Of a stretch of DNA of 51,820 nucleotides, positions 35,971-48,349 are shown piece after piece. The stretch lies in assembly GCF_004010195.1 (NCBI RefSeq), contig NC_057722.1, positions 62,170,379 through 62,222,198 of the forward strand, in the 5' to 3' direction. Position 1 is the first letter of the stretch, and every line of letters starts with the position of its first letter. Source of the stretch: Chiloscyllium plagiosum (lineage: Eukaryota). The position numbers and the translations under genes are program-made. Below the pieces are notes generated by a model. That model had not been told where the DNA came from and searched no databases. It saw nothing but the letters and a program-made list of their open reading frames with translations.

Positions 35971-38900
35971 TGTACTGAGCTCTCGGGGAGTGCGATTGTG
36001 TACTAGGATCTCGGGGAGTGAGATTGGGTACGGAGCTCTCAGGGAGTGGGATTGAGTACTGAACTCTCAGGGAGTGGGATTGTTGTCCAAGCTCTCAGGG
36101 AACGGGATTGGGTTCCGGGCTGTAGGAGAGTGGGATTGACTACAGAGCTCTAAGTGTGTGGTATTGGGGTACTGAGCTCCAAGGGAAGGGAATTGGGTAC
36201 TGAGCTCGCGGGGAGTCAGATTGGGTACTGAGCTCTCGGGAAATGTGATTGGGTACTGAGCTCTCGGGGGAGTGGGATTGTGTACTGAGCACTTGGGGAA
36301 TGGTATTGGGTACTGCGCTCTTGGGGAGTTGGATTGTGTACTGAGCTCTCAGAGAATGGGATTGCGTACTGGGCTGTCGGAGAGTGGGATCGTCTACTGA
36401 CCTCTAAGGGAGTGGTATTGGGTACTGAGCTCTTGGGGAGTGGGATTCGGAACCGGGTTCTCGGGGAGTGGGAGTGGGTACCGAGCTCTTGGGGAGTGGG
36501 ATAGGGTACTGAGCTCTAAGGTTGTGGTATTGGGTACCAGACTCTCAGGAAGTGGGATTGGGCACCCAGCTCTTGGAGAGTAGGATTGCATACCAGGCTC
36601 TCGGGGAGTGGGATTGAGTCTGGGCTCTGGAGGAGTGTCATTGTGTACTGGGCTCTAGAGGGGTGGGATTGAGAACTGGGCTCTCGGGGAGTGGGTTTGG
36701 GTACTGGGGATTTGGGGAGTGGGATTGGGTCCTGAGCTCTCGGGGAGTGGGACTGGGTACTGGGCTCACAGGGACTGGGATTGGCTACTGGGCTGTCGGG
36801 GAGTGGGATTGGGTACTGGGGATTTGGGAAGTGGGATTGGGTACTGAGCTCCCGGGAGTGGGACTGGTACAGGGCTCTCGGGAAGTGGGATTGAGTACTG
36901 GGCTAACGGGGAGTGGGAGTGGGTACTGAGCTCTCAGGGAATGGGATTGGGTCCAGTGCTGTCGGGGAATGGGATTGGGTACTGAGCTCTCAGGGAGTGG
37001 GATTGTGTACCAGGCTCTCGGGGAATGGGATTGTGTACTGGGCTCTCAGGGAGTGGGATTGTGTACGAGGCTCTCAGGGAGTGGGATTGTGTACTGAGCT
37101 CTCAGGGAGTGGGATTGTGTATCGGGCTCTCGGGGAGTGCGATTGTGTACTGGGCTCTCAGGGAGTGGGATTGTGTCCCGGGCTCTCGGGGAGTGGGATT
37201 GTGTACCTAGCTCTTGGGGAGTGGGATTGTGTACTGGGCTCTCAAGGAGTGGGATTGTGTACCAGGCTCTCAAGGAGTGGGATTGTGTACTGAGCTCCCG
37301 GGGAGTGGGATTGTGTACTGGGCTCTCGGGCAGTGGGATTGTGTACCGGGCTCTGAGGGAGTGGGATTGTGTACCAGGCTCTCGAGGAGTGGGATTGTGT
37401 ACTGGGCTCTCGGGGAGTGCGATTGTGTACTGAGCTCTCAGGGAGGGGGATTGTGTACCAGGCTCTCAGGGAATGGGATTGTGTACCGGGCTCTCGTGGA
37501 GTGGGATTGTGTACCGGGCTCTCAGGGAATGGGATTGTATACCGGGCTCTCAGGGCGTGGGATTGTGTACTGAACTCTCGGGGAGTGCGATTGTGTACTG
37601 GGCTCTCGGGGAGTGCGATTGTGTACTGGGCTCTCAGGGAGTGGGATTGTGTACCGGGCTCTCGGAGAGTGGGATTCTGTACCAAGCTCTCGGGGAGTGG
37701 AATTGTGCACTGGGCTCCCGGGGAGTGGGATTGTGTACCAGGCTCTCAGGGAGTGGGATTGTGTACTGAGCTCTCAGGGAGTGGGATTGTGTACCGGGGT
37801 CTCGGGGAGTGGGATTGTGTACTGGGCTCTCAGGGAGTGGGATTGTGTACCGGGCTCTTGGAGAGTGGGATTGTGTACCAGGCTCTCGGGGAGTGGGATT
37901 GTGTACTGGGCTCCCGGGGAGTGGGATTGTGTACCAGGATGTCAGGGAGTGGGATTGTGTACTGAGCTCTCAGTGAGTGGGATTGTGTACCAGGCTCTCG
38001 GGGAGTGGGATTGTGTACCGGGCTCTCGGGGAGTGGGATTGTGTACTGTGCTCTCAGGGAATGGGATTGTGTACTGGGCTCTCGGTGAGTGGGATTGTTT
38101 ACCAGGCTCTCGGGGAGTGGGATTGTGTACTGAGCTCCCGGGGAGTGCGATTGTGTACTGGGCTCTCAGGGAGTGGGATTGTGTACCGGGCTCTCGGGGA
38201 TTGGGATTGTGTACTGAGCTCTCGGGGAGTGGGATTTTGTACCCGGCTCTCGGGGAGTGGCATTGTGTACTGAACTCCCGGGGAGTGGGATTGTGTACTG
38301 GGCTCTCGGGGAGTGGGATTGTGTACCGGGCTCTTGGAGAGTGGGATTGTGTACCGGACTCTCGGGGAGTGGGACTGGGTATGGGTACCAGGCTCTCGAG
38401 GAGTGGGTTTGTGTACCGGACTCTCGGGGAGTGGGACTGGGTACCGGACTCTCGGGGAGTGGGACTGTGTACGGACTCTCGGGTAGTGGGACTGGGTACC
38501 GGGCTCTCGAGGAGTGGGACTGGGTACCGGACTCTCGGGGAATGGGATAGGGTACTGGGCTCTCGAGGAGTGGGACTGGGTACCGGACTCTCGGGGAGTG
38601 GGATAGGGTAACTGGGCTTTTGAAGAGTGGGACTGGGTACTGGGCTCTTGAGGAGTGCGATTTAGTACTGAGCACTTGGGGAATGGTATTGGGTACTGCG
38701 CTCTTGGGGAGTTGGATTGTGTACTGAGCTCTCAGCGAGTGGGATTGTGTACCGGGCTCTCGGGGAGTGGGATTGTGTACTGGGCTCTCAGGGAATGGGA
38801 TTGTGTACTGGGCTCTCGGGGAGTGGGATTGTGTACTGAGCTCCCGGGGAGTGCGATTGTGTACTGGGCTCTCAGGGAGTGCGATTGTGTACTGGGCTCT

Positions 38901-40871
38901 CAGGGAGTGGGATTGTGTACCGGGCTCTCGGGGAGTGGGATTGTGTACCGGGCTCTCGGGGAGTGGGATTGTGTACTGGGCTCTCGGGGAGTGGGATAGT
39001 TTACCGGGATCTCGGGGAGTGGGATTGTGTACTGAGCTCTTTGGGAGTGGGATTGGGTACTGAGCTCCCGGGAGTGGGACTGGGTACAGGGCTCTCGGGA
39101 AGAGGGATTGAGTACTAGGCTCACGGGGAGTGGGAGTGGGTACTGAGCTCTCGAGGAGTGGGTTTGGGTACTGTGCTGTCAGGGAATGGGATTGGGTACT
39201 GGGCTCGAGGGGAGTATGATTGGTTACTGACCTCGCGGGGATTGGGATTGGGTACAGAACTCTCGAGGAGTGCGATTGAGTACTGGGCTCTCGGGGAGTA
39301 GGATTGGGTGCTGAGCTCTCAGGGAGTGGGATTGGGTACAGTGCTGTCGGGGAATGGGCTTGGGTACTGAGCTCTCGGTGATTGGGATTGGGTACTGAGC
39401 TTTAAGGGAGTGAGATTCAGTACTGGGGTCTTTGTTAGTGGGATTGTGTACTGAGGTCTCGGAGTGGGATTGGATAGTGAACTCGCGGTGAATGGGATTG
39501 GGATTGTACAGAGCTCTCAGGGAATGAGATTGGGTATTGAGCCCTCCGGGGTGGGATTGGCTACTGAGCTCTCAGGGAGTGGGATTGGGTACCAAGATCT
39601 TTGGGAGTGGTATTGGTACCGAGCTCTTGGGAAGTAGTATTGGGTACCAGACTCTCAGCAAGTGGGATTGGGTATCCGCTCTCAGGGAGTGGGATTGTGT
39701 TCTGAGCTCCCGGGGAGTGCGATTGAGTACTGGGCTCTCGGGGAATAGATTGGGTACTGAGCTCTCGGGGAGCGGGACGGGGTACAGTGCTGTTGGAGAG
39801 TGGGTTTGGGTACTGAGCTCTCTGGGATTGGGAATGGGTACTGAGCTTTAAGGGAGTTGGATTGAGTACTGGAGTCTTGAGGAGTGGGATTGTGTACTGA
39901 GCTCTCAGGGATTATGTACTGAGGTGTCGGGGAGTGGTATTGGGTACTGAGGTTTTGGGGAGTGGGATTGGATACTGAGCTCTCGGTGAGTGGGATTGGG
40001 TACGGAGCTGTTGGGGAGTGGGATTGGGTACTAACATCTAAGGGAGTGGGATTGTGTACTGAGCTCTCAGAAGTGGGATTGGCTACTGAGTTCTTGGGGA
40101 GTGGTACTGGGGACAGCTGTATTGGGTTCCAGACTCTCAGGAAGTGGGATTGGGTGTCCGCTCTCAGGGAGTGGGATTGTGTACTGAGCTCCCAGGAAGT
40201 GGGATTGTGTGCTGAGCTCCCAGCAAGTGGGATTGTGTGCTGATCTCTCAGGGAGTGGGATTGTGTGCTGAGCTCTCAGGGAGTGGGATTGTGTGCTGAG
40301 CTCTCAGGGGGTGGGATTGGGTACTGAGCCTTCTGGGAGTGGGATTTGCTACTGAGCCTTCGGGGAGTTGGATTGGCTACTGAGCTCTCGGGGAATGTGA
40401 TTTGGTACAGGTCTCTCAGGGAGTGGGATTTTGTACTGGACTCTCGGGGAGTGGGATTGTGTACTGAGCTATCAGGGAGTGGGATTGGGTTCTGAGCCCT
40501 CGTGGAGTGGGATTGTGTACTGAGCTCTCAGGGAATGGGATTGGGTACTGGGCTCGAGGGGAGTGGGATTGGGTACTGAGCTCCTGGTAGTGGAACTGGG
40601 TACTGGGCTCTCGGGGAGTGGGATTGGGTACTGAGCTCTAAGTGTGTGAGATTGAGTACTGGGGTCTTGGGGAGTGGGATTGTGTACTGAGCTCTCAGGG
40701 ATTGGGAGTGGGTACTGGGCTCACAGGGAGTGGGATTGGGTACTGGGCTCTCGGGGAGTGGGATTGGGTACTGAGCACCTGGTAGTGGGACTGGGTACAT
40801 GGCTCTTGGGAAGTGGGATTGAGTACTGGGCTCACGGGGAGTGGCATTGGGTACTGAGCTCTAAGGGTGTG

Positions 40872-41001
40872 AGGAGAAAGTGAGGACTGCAGATGCTGGA
40901 GATCAGAGCTGAAAATATGTTGCTGGAAAAGCGCAGCAGGTCAGGCAGCATCCAAGGAACAGGAGAATCAACGTTTCGGGCATAAGCCCTTCTTCAGGAA
41001 T
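40872..41001 (-). mobile_element. PLE family A pLTR end with hammerhead, inside the satellite (copy 1)
   Basis: aggagaaagtgaggactgcag...cgtttcgggcataagcccttcttcaggaat, as at 13372-13501. Confidence 0.9.
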
Positions 41002-41484
41002 CTGGGAGTGGGATTGGGTACTGAGCTCTCGGGGAATGTGATTTGGTACAGGGCTTTCAGGGAGTGAGATTTAGTACTGGACTCTCGGGGAGTGGGATTG
41101 TGTACTGAGGTCTCAGGGAGTGGGATTGGGTACTGAGCCCTCGTGGAGTGGGATTGGGTACTGAGCCCTCGTGGAGTGGGATTGTGTACTGAGCTCTCAG
41201 GGAATGGAATTGGGTACTGGGCTCGAGGGGAGTATGATTGGGTACTGATCTCTCAGGGAGTGGGATTGGGTACTGAGCTCCTGGTAGTGGAACTGGGTAC
41301 TGAGATCTCGGGGAGTGGGATTGGGTACTGAGCTCTCGGGGAGTGGGAGTGGGTACTGGGCTCACAGGGAGTGGGATTGGGTACTGAGCACCTGGTAGTG
41401 GGACTGGGTACATGGCTCTTGGGAAGTGGGATTGAGTACTGGGCTCACGGGGAGTGGCATTGGGTACTGAGCTCTAAGGGTGTG

Positions 41485-41614
41485 AGGAGAAAGTGAGGAC
41501 TGCAGATGCTGGAGATCAGAGCTGAAAATGTGTTGCTGGAAAAGCGCAGCAGGTCAGGCAGCATCCAAGGAACAGGAGAATCGACGTTTCGGGCATAAGC
41601 CCTTCTTCAGGAAT
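41485..41614 (-). mobile_element. PLE family A pLTR end with hammerhead, inside the satellite (copy 2)
   Basis: Same junctions as copy 1, 613 bp downstream. Confidence 0.9.
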
Positions 41615-44600
41615 CTGGGAGTGGGATTGGGTACTGAGCTCTCGGGGAGTGGGACTGGGTACAGTGCTGTCGGGGAGTGGGATTGGGTACTGAGCTCTCG
41701 GGGAGTGGGATTCGGTGCTGAGCTTTAAGGGAGTGAGATTGAGTACGGGGGGGTCTTTGTGAGTGGGATTGTGTAATGAGCTCTTGGGGATTGTATACTG
41801 AGGTCTCGGTGAGCGGTTTTGGGTACTGAGCTCTCAAGGAGTGGGATTGGGTACCGGGCTTTCGAGGAGTGGGATTGGGTACCGGGCTCTTGAGGAGTGG
41901 GATTGGGTACCGGGGATTTGGGAAGTGGGATTGGGTCCTGAGCTCTCGGTGAGTGGGACTGGGTACTGTGCTGTTGGAGAGTGGGATTGGGTACTGAGCT
42001 CACGGGAGTGGGACTGGGCAGGGCTGTCGGGGAGTGGGATTGGGGTACTGGGCTCTCAGGGAGTGGGATTGGGTACTGAGCTCTCGAGTGGGTTTGGGTA
42101 CTGAGCTCTTGGGGAGTGGGACTGGTACAGTGCTGTCGGGGAGTGGGATTGAGTACTGAGCTCTCGGGGAGTAGGATTGGGTACTAAGCTTTAAGGGAGT
42201 GAGATTGAGTACTGGGGTCTTTGTGAGTGGGATTGTATACTGTGCTCTCGGGGTGTGGTTTTGGGTACTGAGGTCTTGGGGAGTGGGGTTGGATACTGAG
42301 CTCTCGAGGATTGGGATTGGGTACTGAGCTCTCAAGGAGTGGGATTGGGTACTGAGCTCTCGAGGAGTGGGATTGGGTACTAGGCTCTCGAGGAGTGGGA
42401 TTGGGTACCGGGCCCTTGAGGAGTGGGATTGGGTACCGGGCTCTCGAGGAGTGGGACTGGGTACCGGGCTCTCGAGGAGTGGGACTGGGTACCGGGCTCT
42501 CGAGGAGTGGGCCTGGGTACCGGGCTCTCGAGGAGTGGGACTGGGTACCAGGTTCTCGAGGTGTGGGATTGGGTACCAGGTTCTCGAGGAGTGGGATTGG
42601 GTACTAGGGTCTTGGGGAGTGGGATTGAGTACTGAGTTCTCAGGGAGTGGGATTGTTGACCAAGCTCTCAGGGAGTGGGATTAGTTTCCGGGCTGTGGGA
42701 GAGTGAGTTTGACTACAGAGCTCTAAGTGGATGGTATTAGGGTACTGAGCTCCAAGGGAGGGGAATTGGGTACTGAGCTCGCGGGGAGTCAGATTGGGTA
42801 CTGAGCTCTCGGGGGTGTGGGATTGTGTACTGAGCACTTGGGGAATGGCATTGGGTACTGCGCTCTTGGGGAGTTGGATTGTGTACTGAGCTCTCAGAGA
42901 GTGGGATTGGGTACCGGGCTGTCGAAGAGTGGGGTTATCTACTGACCTCTAAGGGAGTGGTATTGGGTACTGAGCTCTTGGGGAGTGGGATTTGGAGCTG
43001 AGCTCTCGGGGAGTGGTATTGGGGAACTGAGCTCTAAGATAGTGGCAATGCGTACCAGACTCTCAGGAAGTGGGATTGGGTATCCAGCTCTCAGGGAGTG
43101 GGATTGTGTACTGAGCTCTCAGGGAGTGGATTGGCTACTGAGCTCTCAGGGAGTGGGATTGGCTACTCAGCTCTCGGGAGTGGGATTTGGTACTGGGCTC
43201 TTGGGGAGTGGGATTGGCAACTGAGCTCACAGGGAGTGGGATTGGATACTAAACTCTCGGGAGTGGGATTGGGATTGTGTACTGAGCTCTCAGGGAGTGA
43301 GATTGGGTACTGAGCCCTTGGGAGTGGTATTGGGGACCGAGCTCTTAGGGAGTGGGATTGGGTATCGAGCTCTTTGGGAGTGGGATTGGAGACTGAGCTC
43401 GAAGGTAGTGGTGTTGGATACCAAGCTGTTGGGGAGTGGTATTGGGGACTGAGTTGTAAGGTAGCGGCATTGGGTACCAGATCCTCAGGGAGTGGGATTG
43501 TGTACTGAGCTCTCAGGGCATGGGATTCTGTACTGAGCCCTCGGGGAGTGGGATTGGGTACTGAGCCCTTGGGGAGTGGGATTGGCTACTGAGCTCTCGG
43601 AGTGCGATTTGGTACTCGGCTCTCGGGGAGTGCGATTTGGTACTCGGCTCTCGGGAAGTGCGATTTGGTACTGGGCTCTCGGGGAGTGGGATTGGCTACT
43701 GAGCTCTCGGGAAGTGGATTGAGCACTGGGCTTGAGGGAAGTATGATTGGCTATTGATCTCTCAGGGAGTGGGATTGGGTACTGAGCTCCTGGTAGTGGG
43801 ACTGGATACAGGGCTCTCAGGAAGTGGGATTGAGTACTGGGCTCACGGGGAGTGGCATTGGGTACTGAGCTCTCAGGGAATGGGATTGGCTACTGAGCTC
43901 TCAGGGAGTGGGATTGGGTACCAAGCTCTTTGGGAGTGGTATTGGAGACTGATCTTGAAGGTAGTGGTATTGGGTACCGAGCTCTTGGGAAGTGGTATTG
44001 GGGACTGAACTGTAAGGTAGTGGTATTGGGTACCAGACTCTCAGCAAGTGGGATTGGGTATCCGCTCTCAGAGACTGGGATTGTGTACTGAGCTCTCGGG
44101 GAGTGGGATTGTGGACTGAGCTCTCGGGGAGTGGTAGTGGGTACTGGGCTCACAGGGAGTGAGATTGGGTACTGGGCTCTCGGGGAGTGGGATTGGGTCC
44201 TGGGGATTTGGGGAGTGGGATTGGGTCCTGAGCTCTTGGGGAGTGGGACTGGGTACTGAGCTCTCAGGGAGTGGGATTGGGTACCGAGCTCTTGGGGAGT
44301 GGGATTGGGGACTGAACTGTAAGGTAGTGGTATTGGGTACCAGACTCTCAGCAAGTGGGATTGGGTATCCGCTCTCAGGGAGTGGGATCGTGGACTGAGC
44401 TCTCGGGGAGTGGGATTGTGGACTGAGCTCTCGGGGAGTGGGATTGTGGACTGAGCTCTCGGGAAGTGGTAGTGGGTACTGGGCTCACAGGGAGTGTGAT
44501 TGGGTACTGGGCTTTCGGGGAGTGGGATTGGGTACTGGGGATTTGGGGAGTGGGATTGGGTCCTGAGCTCTCGGGGAGTGGGACTGGGTACAGGGCTCTC

Positions 44601-47600
44601 GGGGAGTGCGATTTGGTACTGGGCTCTTGGGGAGTGGGATTGGCTACTGAGCTCTCGAGGAGTGGGATTGGGTACTGACCTGTAAGGGAATGGGATTGTG
44701 TACTGAGCTATCAGGGAGTTGGATTGGATACTGAGCCCTCGAGGAGTGGGATTGGGTACTGAGCTCGAGGGAAGTATGATTGGCTATTGATCTCTCAGGG
44801 AGTGGGATTGGGTACTGAGCTCCTGGTAGTGGGACTGGGTACAGGGCTCTCGGGAAGTGGGATTGAGTACTGGGCTCACGGGGAGTGGGATTGGGTACTG
44901 TGCTCTCAGGGAATGGGATTGGCTACTGAGCTCCCGGGGAGTGGGTTTGGGTACTGAGCTCTCGGGGAGTGGGATTGGGTACTGAAGTCTTGGGGAGTGG
45001 GTCTGGGTACAGGGCTCTCGGGGAATGAGATTGGATACTGAGCTCTAAGGGTGTGAGATTGAGTACTGGGGTCTTGGGGAGTTGGTTTGTGGACTGAGCT
45101 CTCTGGGAGTGGGAGTGGGTACTCGGCTCACAGGGAGTGAGACTGGGTACTGGAGATTTGGGGATTAGGATTGAGTACTGGGGATTTGGGGAGTGGGATT
45201 GGGTCCTGAGCTCTCGGGGAGTGGGACTGGGCACTGAGCTTTAATGGAGTGAGATTGAGTACTGGGGTCTTTGTGAGTGCGATTGTGTACTGAGCTCTCG
45301 GGGATTGTATACTGAGGTCTCGGGGAGTGGTTTTGGATACTGAGGTCTCGGGGAGTGGGATTGGGTACTGACCTCTGACCTCTAAGGGAGTGGGATTGTG
45401 TACTGAGCTCTCGAGGAGTGGGATTGGGTACTGAGCTCTCGGGGAGTGGGATTGGCTACTGAGCTCTCTTGTAGTGGGATTGGGTAACGAGCTCTTGGAG
45501 AGTGGTATTGGAGACTGAGCTGTAAGGTAGTGGTATTGGGTACCAGACTCTCAGGGAGTGGGATTGTTGTCCGAATTCTCAGGGAGTGAGATTGTGTACT
45601 GAGATCCCAGGGTGTGCAATTGTGTACTGAGCTCTCAGGGAGTGGGATTGGGTACTGAGCCCTCGGGGAGTTAGATTGGCTACTGAGCCCTCAGGGAGTG
45701 GAATTGGGTACCGAGCTCTTGGGGAGTGGTATTGGGGACTGAGCTCCAAGGTAGTGATATTGGGTACCAGACTCCCAGGAAGTGGGATTGGGTATCTGGC
45801 TCTCAGGGAGTGGGATTGGGTACTGAGCCCTCGGGAGTGGGATTGGCTACTGAGCTCTCGGGGAGTGGGATTTGGCGCTGCGTTTTAAGGGAGTGGGATT
45901 TGGTACTGGGCTCTCGGGGGGTGAGATTAGGTACTGAGCTATGAGGGAGTGGGATTGGGTACTGAGACCTCGAGGAGTGGGATTGACTACTGAGCTCTCA
46001 GGGAGTGGGATTGGTGACTGAGCTGTTGGGGAGTGGTATTGGGGACTGAGCTGTAAGGTAGTGGCATTGGGTACCAGACTCTCAGGAAGTGGGATTGGGT
46101 ATCCAGCTGTCAGGGAGTGGGATTGTGTACTGAGCTCTCGGGGAGTGGGATTTGGTACTCGGCTCTCGGGGAGTGGGATTTGGTAGTGGACTCTCGGGGA
46201 GTGGGATTGGCTAGTGAGATCTCAGGGAATGGGACTGGGTACCGAGCACTTGGGGAGTGGTATTCGGGGCTGAGCTCGAAGGTAGTGGTATTGGGTACCA
46301 GACTCTCAGGAATTGGGATTGGGTATCCAGCTCTCAGGGAGTGGGATTGTGTACTGAGCTCTAAGGGAGGGGGATTGTGTACTGTGCTGAGGTGAGTGGG
46401 ATTGGGTACTGAGCTCTCGGGGAGTGGGATTGGGTATTGAACTCTTGAGGAGTGGGATTGGGTACTGAGCTGTCGGGGAGTGGGATTGGGTACCGGGCTA
46501 TTGGGGAGTGGGATTGGGTACGGAGCGCTCTGGGAGTGGGGCTGGGTACTGGGCTCGAGGGCAGAATGATTGGGTACTGACCTCTCGGGGAGTGGGATTG
46601 GATACTGAGCTCTCGGGGGTGGGATTGGGGACTGGGTTCTTGGGGAGTGCGATTTGCTACCGGGATATCTGGGAGTGGGATTGGGTACTGAGCTCTTGGA
46701 GAGCGGGTTTGGGTACTGTTCCCTTAGGGAATGGAATTGGATACAGGGCTGTCTGGGAGTGGGATTGGATACTGTGCTCTCGGAATGGGATTGAGTACTG
46801 AGCTCTCGGAGAGTGGGATTGGGTACTAAGTTCACGGGGAGTGGAATTGATTTCTGAGCTCCTGGGGAGTCGGATTGGGTACTGGGCACTCGGCGTGGAA
46901 TTGTGTACTCGGCTTTCAGATTAGGATTGTGTACTGAGCTCTCGAGGAGTGGGATTGTGTACCTGGCCCTCTGAGTGGGTTTCGGTACTGAGCTCTAGGG
47001 TAGTGGTAGGTGTGGCGTACCAGGCTTTCAGGGAGTAGATTTGAGTACTGGGCTCTCGGGGAGTGGGTTTTGGGTCCTGGGATGTCCAGAGTGTGATTGG
47101 GTACTGGGCACTAGGGGAGTGCGTTTGGGTACTGGGCTTTTGGGGAGTGGGATTGTGTACCAGGCTCTCAGGGAGTGGAATTGGGTACCGGGCTATCAGG
47201 GAGTGGGATTGGGTACTGAGCTCTCGATGAGTGGGATTGGGTATGGAGCGCTTGGGGAGTGGGATTGGGTACTGGGCTCTCAGGGAGTGAGATTGGGTAC
47301 TGAGCCCTCGGGAGTGGGATTGGCTACTGAGCTCTCGAGGAGTGGGATTGGGTATGGAGCACTTGGGGAGTGGGATTGGGTACTGGGCTCTCAGGGAGTG
47401 AGATTGGGTACTGAGCTCTTAGGGAGGAGGAATTGGGTACTGAGCTGTCGGGGAGTAGGATTGTGTACTGAGCTCTCCGGGAGTGGGATTGTGTACTGAG
47501 CTCTCGGGGAGTGGGATTGGGTATGGAGTGCTCGGGAGTGGGATTGGATACCGAGCTCTAAGGGAGTGCGCTGGGTACCGGGCTCCACGGCAGTGGGATT

Positions 47601-48349
47601 GGGTATTGGCTTCTTGTGGAATGCGATTTGGTACCCAGTTCTTGGGGAATGGGATTGGGTGCTGGTCTCTCAGGGAGTGGGTTTGGTACTGAGCTCTCAG
47701 GGAGTCTGATTGGATACCAGGCTCTCAGGGTGTGGGATTGGGCTCCAGGAGAGTTAATTTAGGTACTGTGCTTTGTGGCCTGCATTCTCGGAGAGTGGGT
47801 GTTGGGTACTCAGTTCTCAGGGAATGGGGGTTGGGTTCTGAGTTCTCGGAGTGTTTTATTGGATAATAAGGTCTTAGGGAATGAATTTGGGTACCAAGCT
47901 GTTGGGGAATGGAATGGAGTACCGAGGTCTGGGGGTGTGGGATGGACTAATGGGCTCTCGGTGAGTGGGATGGTGTCTTGGGCTCTCAGGAATGGGATGG
48001 TGTATCTGGCTTTTGGAGAATGGGATGGGATAATGGGCTCTCAGAGAGTGGGATGGGGTCCTGAACTCCAGGGGAATGAGATGAGGTAACTGGCTTTTGG
48101 AGAATGGGATGGGATAATGAGCTCCTGGGGAGTGGGATGCGGTCAAGGGCTCTTGGGGAATGGGATGGGGTAACTGGGCTCTCTGAGAGTTGGTTGGGGT
48201 AATGGGCTTTCGTGGAGTGGTATAAGGTACTGAGGTCTCAGGGAATGGGATTGGGTCCTGCGCTCATGGGGAGTGGTGCCTCTTAATTCTTGTGGGCATG
48301 TTTCTACTCCTCACTGCAGTGCACATGTGAAGCAACAATGTCAGGTGTT

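Larger units (their letters stand above)
34520..48278 (+). repeat. 13.8-kb 28-bp G-rich satellite (GGGAGTGGGATTG(T/G)GTACTG(A/G)GCTCTC(A/G))n, roughly 480 units
   Basis: Unit directly visible; homogeneous blocks (34520-35140, about 36990-38360), diverged higher-order blocks and a decayed 3' end. Confidence 0.97.

Noticed and set aside
34520-48278. Pro/Ser/Thr-rich minus-strand ORFs as the zonadhesin mucin domain, and Cys/Trp-rich plus-strand ORFs
   Set aside because: The PTS-rich reading is antisense to the gene, the unit is 28 bp, stops and indels are frequent, and the array contains an inversion and TE insertions.
34520-48278. CRISPR-like array (28-bp repeats)
   Set aside because: Units are head-to-tail with no unique spacers, there are no cas genes, and the context is vertebrate.
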